This document shows positions 9,236 through 18,090 of a DNA stretch of 64,000 nt, one piece after another. The notes under the pieces were generated by a model. The model was given only the letters and a program-made list of their open reading frames with translations. It searched no databases and had not been told where the DNA came from. Made by a program: the position numbers and the translations under genes. Position 1 is the stretch's first letter. Each line of letters starts with the position of its first letter. The stretch is from IMG/VR virus record IMGVR_UViG_2828341930_000001, positions 72 through 64,071 of that record; one strand, given 5' to 3'. The stretch comes from a virus. Taxonomy: Duplodnaviria; Caudoviricetes.

Positions 9236-9619
9236 ATGAATAAAAGTATACGTGCCCTGCTGTTGCAGCTTGGCGAGACATTGGTTAACTATGTCTATAT
9301 AAATGTCGACGGAAGCGTCAAAAAAGCGTGGATCGCTGATAGTTATCCATACACCTTGATTGGCGAAGACATAGACCAAATCTTTACCGAAGATTGCCGA
9401 ACATGGCGCATCAAGGGATTTGTAGCCTTTGGCGGCACTACAACTCTAGTAACGGATAATGGCGACTTTTCCGTGCCGGCATACCTGATGCCGGACATGG
9501 GCAATCTAGTGATTATCGGAACCCTGGCTGTCCAATTCCGCAACGCGCAAGTCGGCAGCAACGCTCTCCGCAAGTCGGATAGCCCGTTGGACGTCGTTCT
9601 TGATGATGGATCGCCTTAA
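9236..9619 (+). CDS. Hypothetical lower-GC cargo protein in immunity region
   Basis: 127 aa ORF, AT-richer codons, convergent on the repressor gene. Confidence 0.55.
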   Translation: MNKSIRALLLQLGETLVNYVYINVDGSVKKAWIADSYPYTLIGEDIDQIFTEDCRTWRIKGFVAFGGTTTLVTDNGDFSVPAYLMPDMGNLVIIGTLAVQFRNAQVGSNALRKSDSPLDVVLDDGSP

Positions 9620-9928
9620 ACGGTCGCACAGATCAAGTAATCGCCGCTGTTCAGACGTTTGCCTGGGTGCCGATGCTGGGGCTTCTTCCCCCAGGTCTGG
9701 CGGCGCACCCTTCGGGCCGTCACCTCGCCCCAAAACCATCCAAGCTTCGTCTACGCCGAAAATCGCCGCATATTTGCGCTGTGTGTCCAGATCGGGGGAG
9801 CGCTGCCCGCTCTCATGCATGTGATACGTGGCGTACGGTACCCCATGGGTGTCCGTGAACTCGCGCGCGGTGCGGAAACCGGCGGCGATGCGGGCGATCT
9901 TGAGGCGTTCCGGGAAGGTGCTGTGCAT
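9506..9928 (-). CDS. CI-like repressor (XRE HTH, no obvious S24 peptidase domain)
   Basis: FPERLKIARIAAGFRTAREF...YATYHMHESGQRSPD...IFGVDEAWMVLGRG; divergent from cro-like gene. Confidence 0.8.
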   Translation of the reverse strand: MHSTFPERLKIARIAAGFRTAREFTDTHGVPYATYHMHESGQRSPDLDTQRKYAAIFGVDEAWMVLGRGDGPKGAPPDLGEEAPASAPRQTSEQRRLLDLCDRLRRSIIKNDVQRAIRLAESVAADLRVAELDSQGSDNH

Positions 9929-9973
9929 GTTGCGGATTGTAGAGGCGAAGGCCGGCATCGCAACGGCCTCAGA

Positions 9974-10016
9974 ATTGCTACAGGCCATTGACATCTGAAT
10001 TGCGTTGCGCAATACG
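9974..10016 (+). promoter_or_regulatory. OR-like operators overlapping a pR-like promoter
   Basis: ATTGC-TACAG-GCCAT 9974-9988, ATTGC-GTTGC-GCAAT 9999-10013, TTGACA at 9988-9993. Confidence 0.65.
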
Positions 10017-10022
10017 TTGGGC

Positions 10023-10256
10023 ATGGCATACGGCTCAATCATCGAGGCATGGCCCTCTCCCGAAGCCCTGGCGGAGGACGTTGGGGTCACGCGCGGGCGT
10101 ATTGCCTGTTGGAAACATCGAAAGTCCATCCCGCCGGAATATTGGCTTCCGATGGTGGAGGCGGCGGCGCGACGCGGGCTTGAAGTGACTCTTGAGGATC
10201 TGGCGTCAGCCGCCCGCGAGCGTGCCGGGTTGGCCGCGACGGAGGCCGCAGAATGA
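10023..10256 (+). CDS. Cro-like repressor
   Basis: IIEAWPSPEALAEDVGVTRGRIACWKHRKSIPPEYW. Confidence 0.8.
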   Translation: MAYGSIIEAWPSPEALAEDVGVTRGRIACWKHRKSIPPEYWLPMVEAAARRGLEVTLEDLASAARERAGLAATEAAE

Positions 10257-10373
10257 CCGGGAGCGCCCGCCATGCCCGATTTGCCCAGGTCCGCCGGCAT
10301 GCCGGGCGGACAGCAGCGTCCGGAAGCCCCAGCCACGCCGCTATGCCGGGTGCTGCGGGCGATGCCCGCCCCC

Positions 10374-10562
10374 TCAGCCCATCCCGGCATAGGGAATGCT
10401 CTCCGCCCTGTCGGCCAGGGCGAAAGCGGCCCGGCGCAGAACGTGGGCCTCGAACGGGTCGGCGGCGGTTAGGGACGCGGCGTCCAGCCTGTCGGCGGAC
10501 CGGGACAACGCCTCGGCCTGCCGGCGTAACCGCTGCATCCACCCCTGTTCACTCCACGCCAT
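10374..10562 (-). CDS. Small hypothetical protein antisense to rightward operon
   Basis: GGAGG RBS about 10 nt upstream; helical 62 aa product. Confidence 0.45.
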   Translation of the reverse strand: MAWSEQGWMQRLRRQAEALSRSADRLDAASLTAADPFEAHVLRRAAFALADRAESIPYAGMG

Positions 10563-10670
10563 TTTCGCCGCCCCTCCGATCCGGTTGAGGCGGTCAGAAC
10601 TACCACTTGAGCGCGCATTGCGCGCATCACTTCGCGCCTTTGAAAAATGATACCGGCTATGGGGGCCGTC

Positions 10671-11150
10671 ATGACCAAGCGCCGTCCGGCATTGTCATTG
10701 GAGGATACCGTCCACCTGGTGGTGGGCCAGCTGCGCATGGAAAACGTGGCGGCCCTGGTGGACCGGGACGCGGCGGTTGTCCGCCGTTGGGCCGATCCGG
10801 ACAGCCCGGACCGGCAGATACCCCTGGCCGCCGCCATCATCCTGGACCTGGCCATGGTGCGCGCGGGCCAGCCGGCGCCCTTCCTGCGGTACCATCAGAT
10901 GCGGGTGGACGCGGCGCGGGCGGACGCCCACGGGGCGCAATCGCCCGCCCTGCGCCTCATCGCCACGCTGGAACCCATCGGCGCGGTCGCCACGGAAATC
11001 CGCATGGCGACGCACCCCGACGGCGACCAGGGGGAGCATATCACCCCGGCCGAAGCCGCCAGCATCCTGGCGGCCCTGGACAGCGCGCAGGACGAAATGG
11101 ACAAGCTGCGCCGCGACGTCCTGGCCCTGTTGCCGGGGTTGCCGTCATGA
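10671..11150 (+). CDS. CII-like regulatory protein
   Basis: Position after cro; VAALVDRDAAVVRRWADPD...IPLAAAIILD. Confidence 0.6.
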   Translation: MTKRRPALSLEDTVHLVVGQLRMENVAALVDRDAAVVRRWADPDSPDRQIPLAAAIILDLAMVRAGQPAPFLRYHQMRVDAARADAHGAQSPALRLIATLEPIGAVATEIRMATHPDGDQGEHITPAEAASILAALDSAQDEMDKLRRDVLALLPGLPS

Positions 11151-11356
11151 CCGCGCCCGCCGCCCTACCCCACCTGGGTACCGCCCTGCGAACGGCGTTC
11201 GCGGGCATCCGCTGCGCCGTGATGCGCGCGACCCTGCGGGCCCTGTCACCTGTGACCTGGTGGGGCGCCTTCGCGCTCGCGGCGGGCGTCACCGCCGCCT
11301 ACGTCAGCTTTCTCCTGGTGTTCTCCATAGCGATGGGGGTGTTGCATGGCCGGTGA
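11147..11356 (+). CDS. Small membrane protein
   Basis: ATGA coupling; C-terminal hydrophobic segment. Confidence 0.55.
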   Translation: MTAPAALPHLGTALRTAFAGIRCAVMRATLRALSPVTWWGAFALAAGVTAAYVSFLLVFSIAMGVLHGR

Positions 11357-11786
11357 AATCCCATTCCGCGCCTACGCCGAACGCGACCTGGATCCCGGCA
11401 TCAACCTGTTGCTGACCGTGAGCCGGTTCGTGGCGGACCCCGCGCCCTACCGGGCGGAACTGCGCGACAGGCTGTCCACCATGGGTGTGGCTGATGGGCC
11501 CGCCGCCACGATGGCCGAATGCGCGCAGGCGGCCCTGGACGCGATGGACGATGCGGGGCGCGCGGCGGAGCGCCCGGCCCGGATGTGGGCCCTGCGCGAC
11601 GCGATGCAGGCCTACTGCGCCACCTTCCCCAAGGCGCCCGCCGCCACCGACAGCCGTCGCACCACCGGCCCGCGTCCGCCCCGCTTCGGCTCCGGCCGGG
11701 GCAAGCATGGCGGACGCCCCAGCTTCGTGGACCGGGCGCAGGCCAAGGATGGCGATGGGGACCTTGATCCGGCGCAGGATTTCTGA
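11346..11786 (+). CDS. Hypothetical phage protein
   Basis: Coupled ORF in rightward operon. Confidence 0.6.
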   Translation: MAGEIPFRAYAERDLDPGINLLLTVSRFVADPAPYRAELRDRLSTMGVADGPAATMAECAQAALDAMDDAGRAAERPARMWALRDAMQAYCATFPKAPAATDSRRTTGPRPPRFGSGRGKHGGRPSFVDRAQAKDGDGDLDPAQDF

Positions 11787-11788
11787 CC

Positions 11789-13558
11789 ATGGCCAAGGTG
11801 GACATCCGGTTGCAGGCGGCACTGAGCTATGCCGCCCGGGGGTGGCGCGTCTTCCCCCTGCGGCCCGGCACGAAAAAGCCCTACCCCTGCGCCTACACCG
11901 ATGAGGCGCCGGTGGACCAGGCGCGCAAGCTGGCCCGCCGCGATCACTGGCCTGTGGTTGTGGAGCGTGGACGCGGCGGGTGTCATCTGGCGAGCGCCGA
12001 CCCGGACACCATCACCAGCTGGTGGGAACGATGGCCAGACAGCGATATCGGCCTGGCCACCGGGCCGGATAGCGGCGTGTTTGTCCTGGACGCGGACATT
12101 GATGAGGCCAAGGGCAAGAACGGTTACCGCACCCTGCGAGGCTATGCGGAAAGCGGTCTGACGCTGCCGAAAACCGTGGGGCAGAAAACCCCCAGCGGGG
12201 GGCGTCATTGGCTGTTCCGGTTTCCCGCCGGCATCGATCTGCCCAACAGCGTGGAGCGGCTGTTGGGCGACGGGCTGGATACCCGTACCCATGGCGGCTA
12301 CATCGTCCTGCCGCCCTCACGCCACCCGGTGCACCAGGCGCTGTATCAATGGCACCCCGAACGGTCGCCCGAGAACCTGCCGCTTGCCGACGCGCCGCAA
12401 TGGCTGATCGACAAGCTGATGTCGCCCCCGGCGGACAAGCCGCCCCAGGATCGGCCGCCAGAACCCCGGGCGTACGATGTTTCGCTGATCAGCCCCAGGG
12501 CCAGGAAGGCGATAGACGACGAATGCGCCCGGGTTTCCGGCACCCCGCCCGGGGGGCAGAACCATGCGCTGAACAGTGCCGCCTACTACATCGGCCAGCT
12601 GGTGGGGGTGGGTGAAATTCCCCATGGGTACGCTGAACAGCAGTTGCTGGCGGCGGCCCTGGCCATGTCCCGGAACTATGACCCCAAGCGGGGAAAATGG
12701 ACGCTGCCCCAGCTGGAAAACCGCGTGACGGAGGGCCTAAAGGCCGGCATCGCCGACAAGCACAAGCGCAAGCCGGCGGAGCGCCGGGCGCCGGCCGATG
12801 CCCCGCCGCCGCGCCGTCCGCCTGCCGCTGATGGCCGTGTTGGGGTGGCCCCTGGCGCGATCCCGGGTGCCGCCCCTGGGGCGCCCAAAGCCGATACCGG
12901 CGGCGCGCGGCGGCAGCAAAGCCAGGATGCCGCACGGCGCACCTGGGCTCACGCCCTGCCCCTGACCGATCCGCGCGCCCCACCGGCCGTCTTGACCTAT
13001 GTCGCGGCGCTTGGCCTGGGGCCAGGCGATGTGCCCCCCACCGTCCGCGCGGCGGTCGCCCCCTACCGCCATTGGGCGGAGGGGCGGATGGTCGAATTGG
13101 GCCCATGGCCCGCGTTGGTGGCGGCGGTGGGCGCGGACAAGCGGGTGGAAGGGGTGCTGTGCACCTTCATCGCCCCCAGCGGTCGCGCCCGGCAAGAGGT
13201 GTGGGATACGGCGATCACCGGGCAGATGCTGTTTGACCGGCAGGGCCTGGGCACCGTGAAGGGCATGCCCCTACGTCTGACGCCCATGGCGGATGGGCCG
13301 TTGACGCTGTGCATCGGGGTGGAGCTGGGGCTGTATGCCCTGGCGCAGAGAGGCGCGGCACCGCTGTGGGCCGCCCGGTCCCTGCATGCCGCCGCCGAAA
13401 TGAGCCTGCCGGACACGGTCGACCGGGTGGTGCTGTGCCTGTGGAAGCAGGATGCCCCGCCCCAGGCGCTGGACCGGGCCGTGAGGCATCTGGCGAACGG
13501 CGGCAAGCGGGCCGTCAGCGTGGCCCATGTCCCCATTCCCCCGGGGGTGAAGCCATGA
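11789..13558 (+). CDS. Bifunctional primase-polymerase (AEP Prim-Pol) with C-terminal degenerate TOPRIM-like region
   Basis: WRVFPLRPGTKKP, IGLATG...VFVLDAD, TPSGGRHWLF, DTRTHGGYIVLPPS. Confidence 0.85.
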   Translation: MAKVDIRLQAALSYAARGWRVFPLRPGTKKPYPCAYTDEAPVDQARKLARRDHWPVVVERGRGGCHLASADPDTITSWWERWPDSDIGLATGPDSGVFVLDADIDEAKGKNGYRTLRGYAESGLTLPKTVGQKTPSGGRHWLFRFPAGIDLPNSVERLLGDGLDTRTHGGYIVLPPSRHPVHQALYQWHPERSPENLPLADAPQWLIDKLMSPPADKPPQDRPPEPRAYDVSLISPRARKAIDDECARVSGTPPGGQNHALNSAAYYIGQLVGVGEIPHGYAEQQLLAAALAMSRNYDPKRGKWTLPQLENRVTEGLKAGIADKHKRKPAERRAPADAPPPRRPPAADGRVGVAPGAIPGAAPGAPKADTGGARRQQSQDAARRTWAHALPLTDPRAPPAVLTYVAALGLGPGDVPPTVRAAVAPYRHWAEGRMVELGPWPALVAAVGADKRVEGVLCTFIAPSGRARQEVWDTAITGQMLFDRQGLGTVKGMPLRLTPMADGPLTLCIGVELGLYALAQRGAAPLWAARSLHAAAEMSLPDTVDRVVLCLWKQDAPPQALDRAVRHLANGGKRAVSVAHVPIPPGVKP

Positions 13559-13845
13559 CGGCCGCGCCCTTCGCCCCCCTATCGCTGGATGAGGCGCGGG
13601 TACTGGCGTTCGCCCTCATGGCGGCGGAGGACCGCGCCCTGGCCGTGCTGGACCAGCAAGTCAAGGTGGCCCTGGGCATCCGGAGCACCAAGCGCATGCG
13701 GGTGGATGTGCTGTACGGCCGCCTCGTCGCCCTGGTCGACAGCTACCCGCTGTGGCGCGCGCGGGCGCGGATGGCGAAGCGCCGCCTGGATACGGAAGCC
13801 GAAACGTTGATGCCGGCCAATGCCGGCCAGAAGGTGCGCGCGTGA
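13555..13845 (+). CDS. Hypothetical phage protein
   Basis: ATGA/GTGA coupling to both neighbours. Confidence 0.6.
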   Translation: MTAAPFAPLSLDEARVLAFALMAAEDRALAVLDQQVKVALGIRSTKRMRVDVLYGRLVALVDSYPLWRARARMAKRRLDTEAETLMPANAGQKVRA

Positions 13846-15971
13846 CTGAGGTTGCCGAAAAGCTGACACCGGAGATGGCGGGCGTGGTGGTGGCGCTTGC
13901 CAACCCCAAGGCGCGACTATCCCGCATACCGGGGGGGGGTGCCTATCGCCTGGTCATCCTTGGTTCCGCCGCCGGGCAGTCCATGGTGGAGGCGTCCGTG
14001 GGTGACGCGATCATCAAGGCGGGCCTGGCCGATGCCGTGACCGGAGCGCCCACCGAGGCGACCGCCGCCGCGCAGGATGAGGCGCGGAAGGTCATGGGAG
14101 CCGTCACGGGGGGTGGTGCGAAGACGGGCAAGCGTAAGCGGAAAGCGGACGATAGTGGCGGCGCAGGGGCCGGGGGCGATGGCCCTCCCCCATCGCCATT
14201 TGAGGCCGCCTTGGCGGAAGCCAAGGAGTACGTCCCGGCGGACGGCGATGATGGCGGCGTTGGTGGGGGCGGGCGTCGCGGCCTGCTGCCCGAGGATTGT
14301 CCGGTGACGCCCTTGGGCAACAGCGGCGGCATCCACTACTACCTCGACGCTCAACGCCAGTTCCGCGAGCTGCTGGACCGCGAGCATGGCAAGGCCTCGC
14401 TCTTGGGCCTGTTCACGCCCCGCCATGGGTGGCTGTACGCCCACTACCCCCGCTATGCGAAGGAGGGCGGCGCCGTCACCGGATGGCGGGCGGAAGCCGT
14501 GGCGGAACACCTGATGGCATCCAATGCCCAGCGCGGCCTGTGGACGCCACGCGATCATGTGCGCGGGGCCGGCGCCTGGACGGATGAGCATGGGCAGCTG
14601 ATCCTGCATCTGGGCAACCTGGTGGTGATGGGTGGCGAAGCCCAGCGCCCCGGCCTGTTGGGCGACATGGTGTATCCGTCCGCCGAACCGCTGTTCGGAC
14701 CGCGCAAGGAACCGTGGCCGGGGGACGGGAGCGCCGCGGCGGAACTACTCCGCCTGTTGAAGCAATGGAACTGGAAACGGAAGGAGGGGGACCTGGACGC
14801 CCGGCTGATGCTGGGGTGGATCGTCGCAGCCCTGCTGGGCGGCGCGTTGCGGTTCCGCCCTGTCGTGTGGCTGACGGGCGACAAGGGCACGGGCAAATCG
14901 ACCTTGCAGGACGACATCCTGGACCACGTCATGGGGCGATGGCTGTTTCGGGCGGCTGACGCGTCGGCGGCGTCCATCTACCAGACCAAGGGTCAGGCGG
15001 CCTTGGGCGTGGCCCTGGACGAGTTGGAACCCGAACCCCACAACGGACAGCGGATCCAGGCCGTCATCAAGCTGGCCCGCATCGCCGCGAGCGGCGGCAA
15101 GCTGAGGCGCGGCGGCAAGGACGGCGACCCCACGGAATACGCCATCCGAAGTTGCTTCATGTTCAGCAGCATCCTGATCCCGCCCCTGTCATCACAGGAC
15201 AGGTCGCGCCTGGCCGTTCTGGAACTGGACCAGTTGCCCCCAGGTCCCCCGCCCAAGTTCGATGCGGCGCACCTGCGGGACATCGGGGCCGGCATGCTGC
15301 GCGCGGCGGTGGAGGGATGGGGCAGGTTGCCCGACATCCTGCAAGCCTACCGGACAGCCCTGGCGGCGCAGGGGCATCGCGGGCGCGGCTGTGACGTGTT
15401 CGGCACCTTGCTGGCCTGTTCCACCCTGGTGCTGCGCGGCGGCATCCCCACGGAGCTGGATATCCGGCGGGAGGTGGCGGAGCTGTCCGCCGAACACATC
15501 GCCGCGCAAAGCGGCGACATGCCGGACCACGAACAGTGCTTCCACCATCTGGCCACGCACGTGGCCGACGTCTATCGCGGCGGCACCAAACGAACCATCG
15601 GCCAGCATATCTACACCGTCGCCTATGGCAGCAGCGCCGTGGGCGCGCACGACAAGGTGGAGGCCAAGCAAACCCTCAGCCTGTACGGCATCCGCGTCAT
15701 CCTGGACAGGGAGGACCAGCGGCCGTTCCTGGCCATCGCGAACAGCGGTAGCGGCATCGCCGCCGTCTTCGCCGACACCCATTGGCACGCGGGTGAGGCC
15801 AGCCAACCCGGTGGGTGGGTCCAGGCGCTCCGGCGCTTTCCGGACCATGAGGTGACCAAGAACGGCATCAGCATCGGCGGATCGCTCACGCGCGCCACCC
15901 TGCTGCCGCTCTCCGTCGTGCTGCCCGAAGGGCAGTTCTTCGGCGCGGGTTGGGAGGACGCGGCGGAATGA
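13842..15971 (+). CDS. Replicative P-loop helicase/ATPase
   Basis: Walker A LTGDKGTGKS, Walker B VALDE; follows primase. Confidence 0.8.
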   Translation: MTEVAEKLTPEMAGVVVALANPKARLSRIPGGGAYRLVILGSAAGQSMVEASVGDAIIKAGLADAVTGAPTEATAAAQDEARKVMGAVTGGGAKTGKRKRKADDSGGAGAGGDGPPPSPFEAALAEAKEYVPADGDDGGVGGGGRRGLLPEDCPVTPLGNSGGIHYYLDAQRQFRELLDREHGKASLLGLFTPRHGWLYAHYPRYAKEGGAVTGWRAEAVAEHLMASNAQRGLWTPRDHVRGAGAWTDEHGQLILHLGNLVVMGGEAQRPGLLGDMVYPSAEPLFGPRKEPWPGDGSAAAELLRLLKQWNWKRKEGDLDARLMLGWIVAALLGGALRFRPVVWLTGDKGTGKSTLQDDILDHVMGRWLFRAADASAASIYQTKGQAALGVALDELEPEPHNGQRIQAVIKLARIAASGGKLRRGGKDGDPTEYAIRSCFMFSSILIPPLSSQDRSRLAVLELDQLPPGPPPKFDAAHLRDIGAGMLRAAVEGWGRLPDILQAYRTALAAQGHRGRGCDVFGTLLACSTLVLRGGIPTELDIRREVAELSAEHIAAQSGDMPDHEQCFHHLATHVADVYRGGTKRTIGQHIYTVAYGSSAVGAHDKVEAKQTLSLYGIRVILDREDQRPFLAIANSGSGIAAVFADTHWHAGEASQPGGWVQALRRFPDHEVTKNGISIGGSLTRATLLPLSVVLPEGQFFGAGWEDAAE

Positions 15972-16039
15972 CCCCCATCGTCCGCCCTCGCGCTCCGGCC
16001 CACCCCGAATGGCGTTCGCGCGCCCGCGCGCAGGGCCCG

Positions 16040-16310
16040 CCTTACGCACCCGCCGGCTTGCCCTTACGCGGGCGTAAGGGCATCAAGCCGCTGATCCGTC
16101 AATGACTTTTGCTGATCCCTTACGCCCTTACGGCCCTTACACCCACCCCCATACATGTGCGCGCCCGCGCGCGCCCTTTCACACACACGCATACGTGAAG
16201 ATAACCTTATGTAAGGGTGTAAGGACTGTAAGGAATTAACACTTACCTGTTTCATATCAATTCGTTAACAGCCTTACACCGGCCTTACGGTAGGTCCCGG
16301 GGGTGTAAGG
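16040..16310. repeat. Putative replication origin with 12 CCTTAC/GTAAGG iterons
   Basis: Hexamer at 16040, 16062, 16074, 16118, 16126, 16135, 16211, 16219, 16228, 16272, 16283, 16305 flanking an AT-rich stretch. Confidence 0.7.
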
Positions 16311-16316
16311 CAACCG

Positions 16317-17150
16317 ATGATGGGGTTGCTGATGACTGAAACCGTGGTGCCCTTCACCCCTGCCGGACTGGCGATGCCCGCCGCCGACGCGTTGACGCAA
16401 GCCCGCGCCTTGGCCCTGGCGCTGTGCCGGGGTGGCCAGCTGATGTCGCTGGTCAAGACGGCCCTGATGATGGACGGCCTGCCCGGGGAAGGCGCGCGGC
16501 AGAACGTGCTGGCGGTTCAGGCGCTGCTGCGCGAACAGGCGGAGCGGTCGCCGTGCGATGCGCCCTGGATCGATCCCGTGATCGGCCGGCTACAGGGCCT
16601 GCTGGACGGGGAGCTGATGCGCCGGTCCCATGCCATCCGCGCCCGTGCCGCCCGGGTTGACCAGGCGGCGCGGCTGAAAGAGGAGCGCGTGGCCGGGCCG
16701 GGGCACCAGGACCCCCTACAGCACATGCTGGCCAAGGGCAGCCTGGGGGCGGCGGAAATCCGCAGCGCCGACGAAATCCGCGCCATCGTCGCGTCTCACA
16801 CCGCCCACGGGTGGGCCGGGCATGGTGCCATCGATCCCTCGGTCATCAAGGTCGACGGCGGCAAGGGGGGCGGGCATGTGCCGGTCGCGCCCATCAGCGG
16901 CTTGCACCCGGCGGCGGCCACGCTGGACCGGTGGCTGATGGACCCGGCGGTTACGGCGCTGTTGGGCACCCGGCCGGATGGGGTGGACATCACCGTGGCG
17001 TCCGCCTGCCTCTTGGTCATCTGCCAGGGCGTGAGCTGTTCCACCATCAACGCCGCGTTGGGGGTTCGTCGCGGCACGGTGGGGGCGGCGGTAGCGCGGG
17101 CCCTTAAGCTCTACCCGGCCCCGCCGGCCCCCGCGCCGCACACGATCTAG
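16317..17150 (+). CDS. Putative late-gene regulator (Q-position protein)
   Basis: Between replication and terminase; DPLQHMLAKGSLG..., C-terminal HTH-like STINAALGVRRGTV. Confidence 0.55.
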   Translation: MMGLLMTETVVPFTPAGLAMPAADALTQARALALALCRGGQLMSLVKTALMMDGLPGEGARQNVLAVQALLREQAERSPCDAPWIDPVIGRLQGLLDGELMRRSHAIRARAARVDQAARLKEERVAGPGHQDPLQHMLAKGSLGAAEIRSADEIRAIVASHTAHGWAGHGAIDPSVIKVDGGKGGGHVPVAPISGLHPAAATLDRWLMDPAVTALLGTRPDGVDITVASACLLVICQGVSCSTINAALGVRRGTVGAAVARALKLYPAPPAPAPHTI

Positions 17151-17166
17151 GGTCCGCGATGGCGTC

Positions 17167-17258
17167 GGGGACAACCTCTTGACGGTTGGGGACGCCTTGA
17201 GGTAGGTTTCAGGCACAGTTCGACAAGAGCGCCCGGGGGCCGAAAGGCCGTCCGGGCG
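17167..17258 (+). promoter_or_regulatory. Late-promoter-like element plus GAAA hairpin (copy A)
   Basis: TTGACG-N18-TAGGTT then GCGCCCGG-GGCCGAAAGGCC-CCGGGCG; close copy at 30559. Confidence 0.6.
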
Positions 17259-17375
17259 TCGTCGTTTCTGGCCCCAGCCCATAGGTGTCCCCATGCCCCA
17301 CCCCAGCGCCCGCGCCGGAGTGCCCCCGCATGCCCGCACCACCCCCGTGCCCGCCCCCCACCCCGCCACCCCCTG

Positions 17376-17484
17376 GGGGTCCCTGGGTTTTCAGGCGGAA
17401 TACGGGCAACTTGTGCGTTTTTGTTTTCTAGCTGGGGTGTTTCAGGGTGGTGCAACGGGCGCAACGCCTGCAACGGGCTGCAAC
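17376..17484. other. Putative cos region
   Basis: Immediately upstream of small terminase; (T)GCAAC repeats at 17451, 17461, 17469, 17479. Confidence 0.4.
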
Positions 17485-17499
17485 AGGCGCCCCTGAGCC

Positions 17500-18090
17500 A
17501 TGACAGGCGACTTGTTGAGCGCGGGACGCCGCCTCATGGGTGTCCGCGAGGCCGCCCGGGTGCTGAAGGAGGAAGGCCACCCCGTTTCCTACTCCACCCT
17601 CAGCCGCCAGCTGTCCGCGCGGAAGTACAACAACTACGGGACCGACGCCCGCCCCCTGCTTGACCTGGATGAGGTGATCGCCGTCCGCCTAAACGAGATG
17701 GACCCGCAAAAGCAGCGCGCCGCCCAGCTCGCCCGCGGTATCCCCGCCCGTGGGGATGATTTGGAGGCGGACGCCCCCGTCACGCGGGGCGGCGCGATGG
17801 GCAAGGCGCAGTTGCGCAAGGCCGAAGCGCAGGCATCGCAGGCCGAACTGGACCTGATGGAACGCGAGCGCAGTTTGGTCGCGGTGGAAGACGTCCACGA
17901 TGCCGGCTTCGAGGTGGGGCAATACCTGCGGCAGGCGCACCTGTCCCGGATACCGGAGCTTGCCTCCGCCCTGGTGGGCGTTCCGGACGTGGTGACCGCG
18001 ACGCGGATCCTGACGGAAGCGGATCACAAGGCGGAAGATGAATTCGTCAAGATAGTCCGGAAGGCGCTCGATGAGCTTGGCGCTCGCTGA
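17500..18090 (+). CDS. Terminase small subunit (Nu1-like)
   Basis: N-term HTH, coiled coil KAEAQASQAELDLMERERSLV; overlaps TerL. Confidence 0.75.
   Translation: MTGDLLSAGRRLMGVREAARVLKEEGHPVSYSTLSRQLSARKYNNYGTDARPLLDLDEVIAVRLNEMDPQKQRAAQLARGIPARGDDLEADAPVTRGGAMGKAQLRKAEAQASQAELDLMERERSLVAVEDVHDAGFEVGQYLRQAHLSRIPELASALVGVPDVVTATRILTEADHKAEDEFVKIVRKALDELGAR

Noticed and set aside
9929-10390. N-terminal extension of the repressor ORF to 294 aa
   Set aside because: It would overlap the operators and the cro-like gene; the HTH begins near 9928.
17290-17375. C-rich tract as a coding region or repeat element
   Set aside because: Low-complexity spacer without a consistent period; overlapping ORFs look spurious.
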